Positions 1 through 7,487 of a stretch of 42,972 bases of DNA are shown piece by piece. The stretch is from Candidatus Woesearchaeota archaeon (GTDB lineage Archaea; Nanobdellota; Nanobdellia; Pacearchaeales; GW2011-AR1), in the NCBI GenBank assembly GCA_964600865.1, contig CAZRJP010000002.1, positions 1 through 42,972 on the forward strand, read 5' to 3'. The stretch's first letter is position 1. Each line of letters opens with the position of its first letter. The position numbers and the translations under genes were made by a program. Below the pieces are notes generated by a model. That model did no database searches. It saw nothing but the letters and a program-made list of their open reading frames with translations, and was not told where the DNA came from.

Positions 1-22
1 TCCATACCCTAAATCAAAGATT

Positions 23-313
23 TCAGGATATGGACTTCTTTGACTGTAAGTTAAATTCTTCCTTAGTCAAGGGCCTAAATCTTACATCTCTAAATGCTGC
101 ATTAATTGAATTATCTCTAACATCTTTCCATAACTCCTGTTTTTTTCTAAAAGGCAATGTTCCAACACACCCTCTTAATTTTCCATTTAAAGTGATTGTC
201 ACAAAACTAGCACCCTTATTAGAATATTTATTTTTTATCTTAGAATCTGGCTCAAATAATTTCCCCTCAAAATGAAGTCTTATGCTTTCTTTTGCAATTT
301 TAGATAAATTCAT
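23..313 (-). CDS. amrA: AMMECR1-domain protein (AmmeMemoRadiSam system protein A); only about the N-terminal half of the family is present (96 aa)
   Basis: The translation has the AMMECR1 core 'GASFVTITLNGKLRGCVGT' and 'AAFRDVRFRPL'. Its start overlaps the stop of the upstream radical-SAM gene by 14 nt. It ends at TGA 23-25, close to the window edge. Confidence 0.65.
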   Translation of the reverse strand: MNLSKIAKESIRLHFEGKLFEPDSKIKNKYSNKGASFVTITLNGKLRGCVGTLPFRKKQELWKDVRDNSINAAFRDVRFRPLTKEEFNLQSKKSIS

Positions 314-1322
314 CTTCTTGAAACTCGCCAGTTATTTCTCTTCCACATTCAGGACATTTTCCTTCATCTAAAAAGTTTTCAACCTTTCCATTAAATCTAG
401 TTATTACTTCTTCTCCACATTTAGGACAAAGAGTGATAAGTTTATCAAAAGTATTTCCAATATAAACATGATTAAGATATTTTTCACCTATTTTTTTAGC
501 TTTTTCTAATGTTTTAATAGGTGTTTCTTTTTTATGAGACATTTTATATGCTGGAAAAAATCTTAATATATGCCAAGGAATATTTTTATCAACAGAAGCA
601 ATAAACTTTGCTACTTTTTCTATTTCCTTTTTAGAAGTATTTTGCCCAGGAAGCAACATAGTAGAAACTTCAAGATGTATCCCTTTTTCATAAGCTCTTT
701 TAATTGTTTCTAAAACAGGTTCTAATTTTGCTTTACAATTTTCCTTATAAAACTTTTTAGAAAGTGATTTTAAATCAACATTCATTGCATCAATATAAGG
801 TGAAACATACTCAAAACACTCTTTAGTCATATATCCATTTGTTACCATAACATTTTTTAGGTCCTTTTTTTGTGCTAAACTAGCAATATCCTTAACATAC
901 TCAATAAATACTGTTGGTTCATTATAAGTATAAGAAATTGACTTGCATCTATTTTTCATTGCTCTAAATATTACTTGTCTTGGAGACATTTCCTCTCCTA
1001 ATTCTCCTTCCTTAAATTCTTCTGATTCTTCAGCTTGTGATGTTTCATAATTCTGACAAAATTTACATTTAAAATTGCACCCAAATGTTCCTAATGAAAA
1101 GGAATAAGTTCCAGGTAAAAAATGAAATAATGGTTTTTTCTCTATAGCATCCACATTTTTAGATACTGCTCTACCATAAACAACAGAACGTAATTTGCCC
1201 CTTTTATTCTTTCTAACAGCACATATTCCTGTTTTTCCATTAGATATTAAGCATTTATGTTCACAAGCAGTACATCTAACTTTCTTACTTTTCTTCTTCT
1301 CATACAATTCACATTCTTTCAT
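300..1322 (-). CDS. amrS: AmmeMemoRadiSam system radical SAM enzyme
   Basis: It has the CxxxCxxC radical-SAM motif 'CNFKCKFC', an N-terminal Cys cluster 'CTACEHKC...GICAVR' and a C-terminal zinc ribbon 'CPKCGEE...CPECGRE'. It is flanked by AMMECR1 and MEMO genes. Confidence 0.85.
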   Translation of the reverse strand: MKECELYEKKKSKKVRCTACEHKCLISNGKTGICAVRKNKRGKLRSVVYGRAVSKNVDAIEKKPLFHFLPGTYSFSLGTFGCNFKCKFCQNYETSQAEESEEFKEGELGEEMSPRQVIFRAMKNRCKSISYTYNEPTVFIEYVKDIASLAQKKDLKNVMVTNGYMTKECFEYVSPYIDAMNVDLKSLSKKFYKENCKAKLEPVLETIKRAYEKGIHLEVSTMLLPGQNTSKKEIEKVAKFIASVDKNIPWHILRFFPAYKMSHKKETPIKTLEKAKKIGEKYLNHVYIGNTFDKLITLCPKCGEEVITRFNGKVENFLDEGKCPECGREITGEFQEDEFI

Positions 1323-1355
1323 AAAATTAATAAGTGTTGCTCTCTTAAATACCTT

Positions 1356-2060
1356 ATGGAATGGTTTCCAGATAAAGAGGATAAATTAAATAAAATACTA
1401 GATTATTTGCTCTCTAAAAGCCATAATACTACTAATAATAATCTTAATGGACTAATTGTTCCACATGCAGGATATGCTTATTCTGGAAAAATAGCAGGAA
1501 AGGCATATTCCCTAATAAAAAACAAATCCTTCAAAAAAGCAATTATCTTTGGGCCTTCTCATAAAACCAATCTAAAAGGCATAGCTACACTAGAAAACAT
1601 TAAAACCCCTTTAGGAGAAATAAATATAACTAAAAATCATTATAAAAAAATTTCAAATGAACACTCTATAAAAAATCAAATTCCTTTTTTGCAAAAATTA
1701 GGAATAAAAAAAGTTTTACCATTAGTTGTAGGAAAAATAAGTCATAAAAAAGCAAAAGAGATAGCAAAAGAATTTTCAGACAAAAATGCATTATTTATCT
1801 TCTCTACTGATTTAAGTCATTTTCTTCCTTATGATAATGCAACTAATAAAGACAAAAAAACAATAAAATCTATTAAAAATCTAAATACATCTTACTTAAA
1901 AAATAATCTAGATTGTGCTTGTGGCATATTTCCGTTATTAATATTATTTGAATTATGTAAATTAAAAAACTGGGAACCAAAACTAATTGAATATAAAAAT
2001 TCTGGAGATATTACAAAAGAGAAAAAATCTGTTGTAGGTTATGCTAGTTTTTATTTCTAA
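1356..2060 (+). CDS. amrB: MEMO1-family protein (AmmeMemoRadiSam system protein B)
   Basis: The motifs 'VPHAGYAYSG', 'GPSH', 'EHS', 'STDLSHF' and 'CACG' are present. I start the gene at the internal ATG at 1356 (MEWFPDK...), because the ORF-track start at 1257 lies antisense inside amrS and its translation looks like nonsense. Confidence 0.85.
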   Translation: MEWFPDKEDKLNKILDYLLSKSHNTTNNNLNGLIVPHAGYAYSGKIAGKAYSLIKNKSFKKAIIFGPSHKTNLKGIATLENIKTPLGEINITKNHYKKISNEHSIKNQIPFLQKLGIKKVLPLVVGKISHKKAKEIAKEFSDKNALFIFSTDLSHFLPYDNATNKDKKTIKSIKNLNTSYLKNNLDCACGIFPLLILFELCKLKNWEPKLIEYKNSGDITKEKKSVVGYASFYF

Positions 2061-2448
2061 AAATCAATGAAATAGCATAAAATATAAATGAACTAAAAAT
2101 CCCTATAAAATCCAAAAACACATCCTTAATACAACAACCTCTTCCAGGAACAAAATATTGATGTAATTCGTCCAACCCCGCATAACTAAATAATATTAAA
2201 AAGCCCAATGCTAAAATAATTTTACTCTTCTTATCCATTATCTTCCCTTTAAGACTTGCTATAAAAAAGAATAATCCTAAAAAGAAAAAAGAAAGAATAT
2301 GATAACTCATAGGTATTAATGAAAATCCTCCTGTTCCTTCACTAAACTCTAATGAAGAAATATAAAAAATTAAAACAAAACCTACAAAAACAATAAACCA
2401 CGTAAGTTTTCCTTCTTCTTCAAAAAACTCTAAAATATCATTTAACAT
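2044..2448 (-). CDS. VanZ-like small membrane protein
   Basis: There are four predicted TM segments and a VanZ-like motif 'LDELHQYFVPGRGCCIKDVFLDFIG'. Confidence 0.5.
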   Translation of the reverse strand: MLNDILEFFEEEGKLTWFIVFVGFVLIFYISSLEFSEGTGGFSLIPMSYHILSFFFLGLFFFIASLKGKIMDKKSKIILALGFLILFSYAGLDELHQYFVPGRGCCIKDVFLDFIGIFSSFIFYAISLIFRNKN

Positions 2449-2515
2449 AAAAAATAATATTTATTATGGATTAAAAGGATTATTGTAATTAAACCATAGA
2501 AATCTAACACTGTGC

Positions 2516-3472
2516 TTATGTTGTTGTTCCACTTGTTTCATATCCAAATCCAGGAGAATATGAACTAGAACCTAATTCTAATGTTTCACATTCTTCAGGA
2601 ACATTATCTTCAGTAAATGCTTGACAAATTATATCTAAATAAGCTTCAGGACTTCTTGAACTTGGTGAAACCTGTTTTCCATTAATAATTAATGTTGGGG
2701 AACCTCTTACTCCATAACCCTCACTTAATTCAGAATCACCAGCATAATACTCATCTGCTTTCTCTTCTAAACATGTATTTAGAGAATCACTATTAATTCC
2801 AATCTCTTCAATGCATCTTGAACTATCTCCATCTTCTAAAAAGCATTTCAAATAATCCAGATATTTATCTGACTGTTCCTCTCTTATACAAACCTGTCGA
2901 GGTGTTTCAGTTTCCTCGGGTTCATGCATAAAATAGTGGACAAATCTAATCTCAGAATCTACTAAACCTTCCAATGATTCCATAACAGGAATAAATCCTT
3001 TCTCTGCTTGAGTCCCACCAGGACAATGTGTCATAGTAAACAATTCAACCTCAGGCTTATCTGACCTTGGAATTTCCTGCTGATTTGAATCTGAATTTTC
3101 TTCTTTTTCTCCTTCATTAATAGAATCTGTTGTTAATGGTATAACTCCCTGAACAAGATTTTTTCCGTCCTTAGTCACATATAACGGCAAACTCTGTCCT
3201 TGATACTCTATTGTAACCTCATATAATTCATCCTGTTCTATTACCTTTACTAGTTCTGCTCCTTCTGCACCCTGAGAAGCAACAAATCCCATTACAAGAC
3301 CTCCGGCCTCCTTTTCAGAAACAACACTTCCAGTAATATTAAAATTACCAAATAAAACAATTAATAATACCATTCCTAAAATTATTGTAGAAAGAATCCA
3401 AGGATTTTTCCTTAATTTATCATGAACTTTTTTATGCTTTTTATCTACTTTCCTCTCTTCCTTTTCTTCCAT
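2516..3472 (-). CDS. Membrane-anchored thioredoxin/DsbA-fold protein (variant active site CPGG)
   Basis: Starting at the internal ATG 3472 (MEEKEER...), there is one TM helix 'WILSTIILGMVLLIVLF'. The thioredoxin-fold hallmarks are 'FTMTHCPGG' and a C-terminal 'GSPTLIINGKQV'. The longer ORF-track start would overlap the divergent gene. Confidence 0.5.
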   Translation of the reverse strand: MEEKEERKVDKKHKKVHDKLRKNPWILSTIILGMVLLIVLFGNFNITGSVVSEKEAGGLVMGFVASQGAEGAELVKVIEQDELYEVTIEYQGQSLPLYVTKDGKNLVQGVIPLTTDSINEGEKEENSDSNQQEIPRSDKPEVELFTMTHCPGGTQAEKGFIPVMESLEGLVDSEIRFVHYFMHEPEETETPRQVCIREEQSDKYLDYLKCFLEDGDSSRCIEEIGINSDSLNTCLEEKADEYYAGDSELSEGYGVRGSPTLIINGKQVSPSSRSPEAYLDIICQAFTEDNVPEECETLELGSSSYSPGFGYETSGTTT

Positions 3473-3593
3473 GCAATAAATATGGGATGTCCTTTTAAAA
3501 ACATTTTGGTAAAGTTGTATATAAACACCAATAATAAACATTAAAAACAATTGATTATTAATTAAATTATAAATTAACAAAAGAGGTACTAAA

Positions 3594-4907
3594 ATGTCGT
3601 ATGATATAATTGTTGGAAGAGGCAAAGATGATAGAGAAAGATTAGAAAATAAAGGACTTATTAATATAGGTAAAGGATATGTTAAAATGGGTCAATACAC
3701 TTCTCTAAGCAATAAAATTTTTATGGATGTTGCTAAAAGTCATGTTGTCCTTGTGGCTGGAAAAAGAGGTTCTGGAAAAAGTTACACATTGGGAGTCATG
3801 GCAGAAGAAATGTCTAATCTTCCAAAAGAAGTTGCACAAAATGTTGGAACCTTAATCTATGATACAATGGGAATTTATTGGACAATGAAATATGCTAATG
3901 AAAAAGATAGGAAATTATTAGAAAAATGGGATTTAAAAAGTAAGACTCTTCCAGTAAAAGTATTTGTTCCATATGGAAAACATAATGAATATACTGACAA
4001 AGGAATTCCAGTAGATGAAAAATTTGCATTAGATGTTATGGAAATGCAACCAGAAGATTGGATCTTAACATTTGGGTTAGATATTGTAAATCCAATAGCA
4101 ACTCTTATTCAAAGAGTATTAAATAAATTAACCGAATCAAATAAAAAATACTCTATTAATGAAATTATTAAAGGGATAAAAAAAGACTCTTCTTCAGAAA
4201 AGATTCATAAAAATGCTGCAATAGGATTATTTGAAGCAGCGAATACATGGGGGATATTTGCTAAAAAAGGAGAAAAACCTACTCCAATAGGTAATCTTGT
4301 TACTGCAGGAACAACATCTGTTTTAGACTTAAGTGTATATAATTCAGTGGGAGCTTTTAATGTTCGTGCATTAGTAATTAGTTTAGTATCAAGAAAGCTA
4401 TTTAATCAAAGAATGATGGCAAGAAAAAAAGAAGAAATTAAATCTATTTCTCAAGGATTTGAATTATCTGGTACTGAAGAAAAAAAAGAATATCCTTTAG
4501 TTTGGATTTTCATAGATGAGGCACATGAATTCCTACCATTAAATGAAAAAACAATCGCAACTGATGCATTAATTCAATTACTTAGAGAAGGAAGACAGCC
4601 AGGAATCTCCGTTGTATTAGCAACACAACAACCAGGAAAAATCCACACAGATGTAATGACTCAATCAGACATTGTAATCTCTCATAGAGTTACAAGTAAA
4701 CCAGATGTAGAAGCACTAAATCACATTATGCAAAGTTATTTATTGGATACTATTAAAAAATACATGGATGATTTACCTAGTTTAAAGGGTTCTGCAATAA
4801 TTCTTGATGATAATTCAGAAAGAATCTATTCCATGAGAATGCGCCCAAGATTCACATGGCATGGAGGAGAAGCTCCTACTGCTGTTAAAGTTGAAAAAAG
4901 AATATAA
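3594..4907 (+). CDS. HerA/DUF87-like P-loop ATPase
   Basis: It has Walker A 'GKRGSGKS', Walker B 'LVWIFIDEAHEF' and a HerA-type 'ATQQPGKIHTDVMTQSDIVISHRV'. A GAGGT sits 8 nt upstream of the ATG. Confidence 0.7.
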   Translation: MSYDIIVGRGKDDRERLENKGLINIGKGYVKMGQYTSLSNKIFMDVAKSHVVLVAGKRGSGKSYTLGVMAEEMSNLPKEVAQNVGTLIYDTMGIYWTMKYANEKDRKLLEKWDLKSKTLPVKVFVPYGKHNEYTDKGIPVDEKFALDVMEMQPEDWILTFGLDIVNPIATLIQRVLNKLTESNKKYSINEIIKGIKKDSSSEKIHKNAAIGLFEAANTWGIFAKKGEKPTPIGNLVTAGTTSVLDLSVYNSVGAFNVRALVISLVSRKLFNQRMMARKKEEIKSISQGFELSGTEEKKEYPLVWIFIDEAHEFLPLNEKTIATDALIQLLREGRQPGISVVLATQQPGKIHTDVMTQSDIVISHRVTSKPDVEALNHIMQSYLLDTIKKYMDDLPSLKGSAIILDDNSERIYSMRMRPRFTWHGGEAPTAVKVEKRI

Positions 4908-4908
4908 A
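4864..4908. repeat. Direct repeat copy 1 (45 bp): last 14 codons plus stop of the HerA-like gene
   Basis: The sequence is gaggagaagctcctactgctgttaaagttgaaaaaagaatataaa. It matches 4993-5037 at 44/45 positions. Confidence 0.9.
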
Positions 4909-4992
4909 TTACTTCTCTGGAATGCCTGGCATGGCGAGTAAGTTCACGAAACAAATTATATTTATCTATTAATTCTAAGTGGAGTTATGAGT

Positions 4993-5037
4993 GAGGAGAA
5001 GCTCCTACTGCTGTTAAGGTTGAAAAAAGAATATAAA
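4993..5037. repeat. Direct repeat copy 2 (45 bp): non-coding remnant of the HerA-like 3' end
   Basis: The single mismatch (5018 g versus 4889 a) falls on a third codon position (AAA to AAG, both Lys). The in-frame codon spanning the start of the copy (4992-4994) is TGA, so it is not part of an ORF. Confidence 0.9.
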
Positions 5038-5093
5038 ATGTTTAGTTTTAAAATATAAATCTTTATAAATGTAAAATATTCATTATAAATACT

Positions 5094-5318
5094 ATGAGAA
5101 AAATGAACAGAAATGTTAGTGTCGGAGGAAACTACAAAAATTTTAAAAGTGAGGGTACTAAATGCCCACATGCTAAAAAAATAACTTACTCTTCTTTTTC
5201 AGAATTAGCAGAAGAATACTTTTGTGATGAAATAGGTGAGAAATGTGATTACTCAAGCAACATGCTAGATTGTCCAAAAAATCCAAAATCAAAATTAGAA
5301 AATATTAGCTCTCAATAA
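5094..5318 (+). CDS. Hypothetical small protein with four Cys
   Basis: This is a 74-aa ORF located 3 nt upstream of the ACP-like ORF. I recognise no family. Confidence 0.35.
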   Translation: MRKMNRNVSVGGNYKNFKSEGTKCPHAKKITYSSFSELAEEYFCDEIGEKCDYSSNMLDCPKNPKSKLENISSQ

Positions 5319-5320
5319 AA

Positions 5321-5617
5321 ATGTGTCTAGATGAAAAAACAATCAACATTATTAAAGAAGATATATATGGATTCCTGGATAATAAGGTAGGAAAAATTGT
5401 CCAAGCTAATTTCGGACACCGTAAAGAATATACTCTTCAAAATGATTTTGAAAAAGACCTAAAATTTGATTCCTTAGATATAGCAGACCTAGTTATTTCT
5501 GCAGAAGATTATTTTAATTTAGAGATAAAAGAATTTGCATTCAAGAATCAAAAAGAAACATATAATTATCTATTTGATAAAATAGTTCAAAGAGAAAAAA
5601 ACTACCCAAAAATATAA
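5321..5617 (+). CDS. Acyl/peptidyl carrier protein-like protein
   Basis: The segment 'FEKDLKFDSLDIADLVISAEDYFNLEI' matches the carrier-protein phosphopantetheine-attachment pattern (DSLD followed by an acidic helix). The 98-aa size fits the family. Confidence 0.5.
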   Translation: MCLDEKTINIIKEDIYGFLDNKVGKIVQANFGHRKEYTLQNDFEKDLKFDSLDIADLVISAEDYFNLEIKEFAFKNQKETYNYLFDKIVQREKNYPKI

Positions 5618-6403
5618 TTACAAAACATTAAAATCAACCCTAAATCTCACCTTATAAGGTGCAATTTCCCCTGCTTCTTTTTTATTAAAAATCTTTATTT
5701 TTTTATTAAATTCTCTTGCTTTTGATTTTATTTCTTCCAGAATTTTATCCTTTTCTTCAACAGGAGTAAACCCATAATAATAGATTCTTGTTCCTTTTTT
5801 ACTCAACTTAAAGGCCTGTTTTAAAAAAGTATCATCTAAATTAGGTCTAGGCATTACAATAACATCAAATTTTTCTTTTCCAAATTTATTCTGTCTAACT
5901 AATCTCTTAATATCTCCCTGAATTAATTCCACTTTATCTTCTAATTTATTTAATCTAACATTTAACTTAGCATATTCATTTGCTTTTCTATTTATTTCAT
6001 TTGAAACAACCTTTTTACATTTAGAATTTTTTGCAATGACAATTGAATATGGCGCAACACCTGCAAACATTACTAAAACACTCTCTCCTTTTTTTATTTC
6101 AGAAGCAACCTCATTTCTTTCATTGCTTAATCTAGGAGAAAAATAAGTATCATCTACATTAAACCTAAAAACACATCCATTCTCTTTATACTTGACCTCT
6201 TTATTCTTCTCTCCAGCAATATGTTTTGTTCCCATAGTTCTCAATCTCCCAGAAACTTTCTTAGATTTTTCCAAAACAGTTTTAACACTTTTATGATTCT
6301 TTAAAATCTTTTTAGCAAACTTTTTTTTATACTTTTTTGTAGCACCATCCTGAAAATTAACAATAGCAATATTCCCTAAAACATTAAATGACCTTTGTTT
6401 CAT
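5618..6403 (-). CDS. trm5: tRNA (guanine37-N1)-methyltransferase Trm5 family
   Basis: It has 'FNVLGNIAIV', 'YFSPRLSNER', the SAM-binding 'LVMFAGVAPYSIVIAK' and 'VIVMPRPN'. Confidence 0.75.
   Translation of the reverse strand: MKQRSFNVLGNIAIVNFQDGATKKYKKKFAKKILKNHKSVKTVLEKSKKVSGRLRTMGTKHIAGEKNKEVKYKENGCVFRFNVDDTYFSPRLSNERNEVASEIKKGESVLVMFAGVAPYSIVIAKNSKCKKVVSNEINRKANEYAKLNVRLNKLEDKVELIQGDIKRLVRQNKFGKEKFDVIVMPRPNLDDTFLKQAFKLSKKGTRIYYYGFTPVEEKDKILEEIKSKAREFNKKIKIFNKKEAGEIAPYKVRFRVDFNVL
6372..6403. repeat. Direct repeat copy 1 (32 bp): functional 5' end of trm5
   Basis: The sequence ttccctaaaacattaaatgacctttgtttcat is identical (32/32) to 7369-7400. On the minus strand it reads ATGAAACAAAGGTCATTTAATGTTTTAGGGAA. 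Confidence 0.95.
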
Positions 6404-6813
6404 TCCAAATACTCCTTAATTAGTTTAATTCTTAATTTTCTCATATCCCTTATTAATCTTTTAGAATCCTCAATAGAAACATCTTTCCCATAATAATTTA
6501 TTGAATTTCTTATCCTTCTAAATTTATCAAAGTCAAAAGATTCTTTTTCAAGTTTTAATACTTCTTTTAAAAAACCAAAGAAACAATCATGATTATAAAT
6601 TTTAAATTCATTTTTAACAGCTATAGCTTCTAAAACTTCTCTTAAAGAATCATAATTAATAGAAACTTTTGTTGAAGCTGTATCTTTATTTAAGGGAGAA
6701 AATTTATCGGTTATAAGTTTCCTTTTACTTTGAATTAGAAGTGATTTAATAAGTTGCTTATCTGTTTTTATCTTTTTGACAAATTTTTTTAATCTACATT
6801 CTCTCCAATTCAT
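6400..6813 (-). CDS. HEPN-domain protein (partner of the upstream nucleotidyltransferase)
   Basis: It is a helical 137-aa protein with a C-terminal 'RRIRNSINYYG' (HEPN-like R-x-x-R-N-x-x-x-Y). ATGA overlaps link it to the MNT gene upstream and trm5 downstream. Confidence 0.6.
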   Translation of the reverse strand: MNWRECRLKKFVKKIKTDKQLIKSLLIQSKRKLITDKFSPLNKDTASTKVSINYDSLREVLEAIAVKNEFKIYNHDCFFGFLKEVLKLEKESFDFDKFRRIRNSINYYGKDVSIEDSKRLIRDMRKLRIKLIKEYLE

Positions 6814-7313
6814 GAAATATAACCTCCAAGAATATATCCATTAATAACATTTAACTTTAATTCTTCATTAATCTTATCTAAAGAAGAGTATTGAAAAATT
6901 TGAAGTTCTCTTTTTAATTTCCTTTCAAATTTTTTCAAATTTAAATTCTTATTAGAAATTCCTAAAACAACTATATCAATATCAGACTCCTTTTTATTTT
7001 CAAGCTTAGCCAAAGAACCAAATAAAATAATTGCACTTGGGGAAAACTTCCCTAAATAATCTACCACTTCCCTAAGTTTACTTTCCCAATAAATCCTAGA
7101 CAAATCTCTTGAAATAGAACTATCTTTATTAATCCTAAACAAAAGATAGTTTCTTTCTTTCCTACTTTTCAAAATTCCTTCAGAAACATAATTCCTTAAT
7201 AATTTAGAAGCAGTAGGAGGACTCATATCCTTTACCCTTGAGTACTCTCTTACCCCTAATTCAGTATAACTATCTTCAAAAAAAGGTTTTAAATTGTTAA
7301 TAATATCTAACAT
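6810..7313 (-). CDS. Winged-helix + minimal nucleotidyltransferase (MNT) fusion protein
   Basis: An N-terminal wHTH-like segment is followed by the NTase signature 'ILFGSLAKLENKKESDIDIVVL' (GS...D.D). Confidence 0.75.
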   Translation of the reverse strand: MLDIINNLKPFFEDSYTELGVREYSRVKDMSPPTASKLLRNYVSEGILKSRKERNYLLFRINKDSSISRDLSRIYWESKLREVVDYLGKFSPSAIILFGSLAKLENKKESDIDIVVLGISNKNLNLKKFERKLKRELQIFQYSSLDKINEELKLNVINGYILGGYIS

Positions 7314-7368
7314 GTGTTAAGATAATTTAACATACTTTATAAACTTTATCATAAAAATAATTTATTAT

Positions 7369-7400
7369 TTCCCTAAAACATTAAATGACCTTTGTTTCAT
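7369..7400. repeat. Direct repeat copy 2 (32 bp): orphaned trm5 start
   Basis: It is identical to 6372-6403. On the minus strand the ATG at 7400-7398 opens an 11-codon remnant (MKQRSFNVLGK*). Confidence 0.95.
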
Positions 7401-7423
7401 AATTCTGAAAAAATATCCAGATC

Positions 7424-7441
7424 TTTATAATATAAAATAAA
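7424..7441. promoter_or_regulatory. TATA-like AT tract in a divergent intergenic region
   Basis: The tract tttataatataaaataaa lies 24-41 nt upstream of the orphaned trm5 ATG (minus strand) and about 47-64 nt upstream of the ATG at 7488 (plus strand). The genome is so AT-rich that this call is weak. Confidence 0.25.
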
Positions 7442-7487
7442 ATCATAACATGAATAGATTTATAAAAATAAATTTCCTATTAAAAGC

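Noticed and set aside
23-25. Possible UGA recoding, considered because the truncated AMMECR1 and the split MetRS both end in TGA.
   Set aside because: Reading through the MetRS TGA runs into further in-frame stops and never reaches the downstream domain. TGA also terminates the MNT and HEPN genes within normal ATGA overlaps, so TGA behaves as an ordinary stop here.
1257-1355. N-terminal extensions offered by the ORF track for amrB (1257), the thioredoxin-fold gene (to 3625), the Zn-ribbon/AbrB gene (to 17029), the MBF1-like gene (to 29170) and the 20432 TTG start.
   Set aside because: The extensions overlap neighbouring genes or promoters and translate to implausible hydrophobic or low-complexity sequence. 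Internal ATGs give proteins that begin where family similarity begins, and at 20438 the ATG sits behind an AAGGAGG.
4962-5171. A 69-aa minus-strand ORF spanning the duplication scar and the start of the 5094 ORF.
   Set aside because: It has no motifs and crosses the repeat and intergenic AT-rich sequence. It overlaps a better-placed plus-strand ORF pair.
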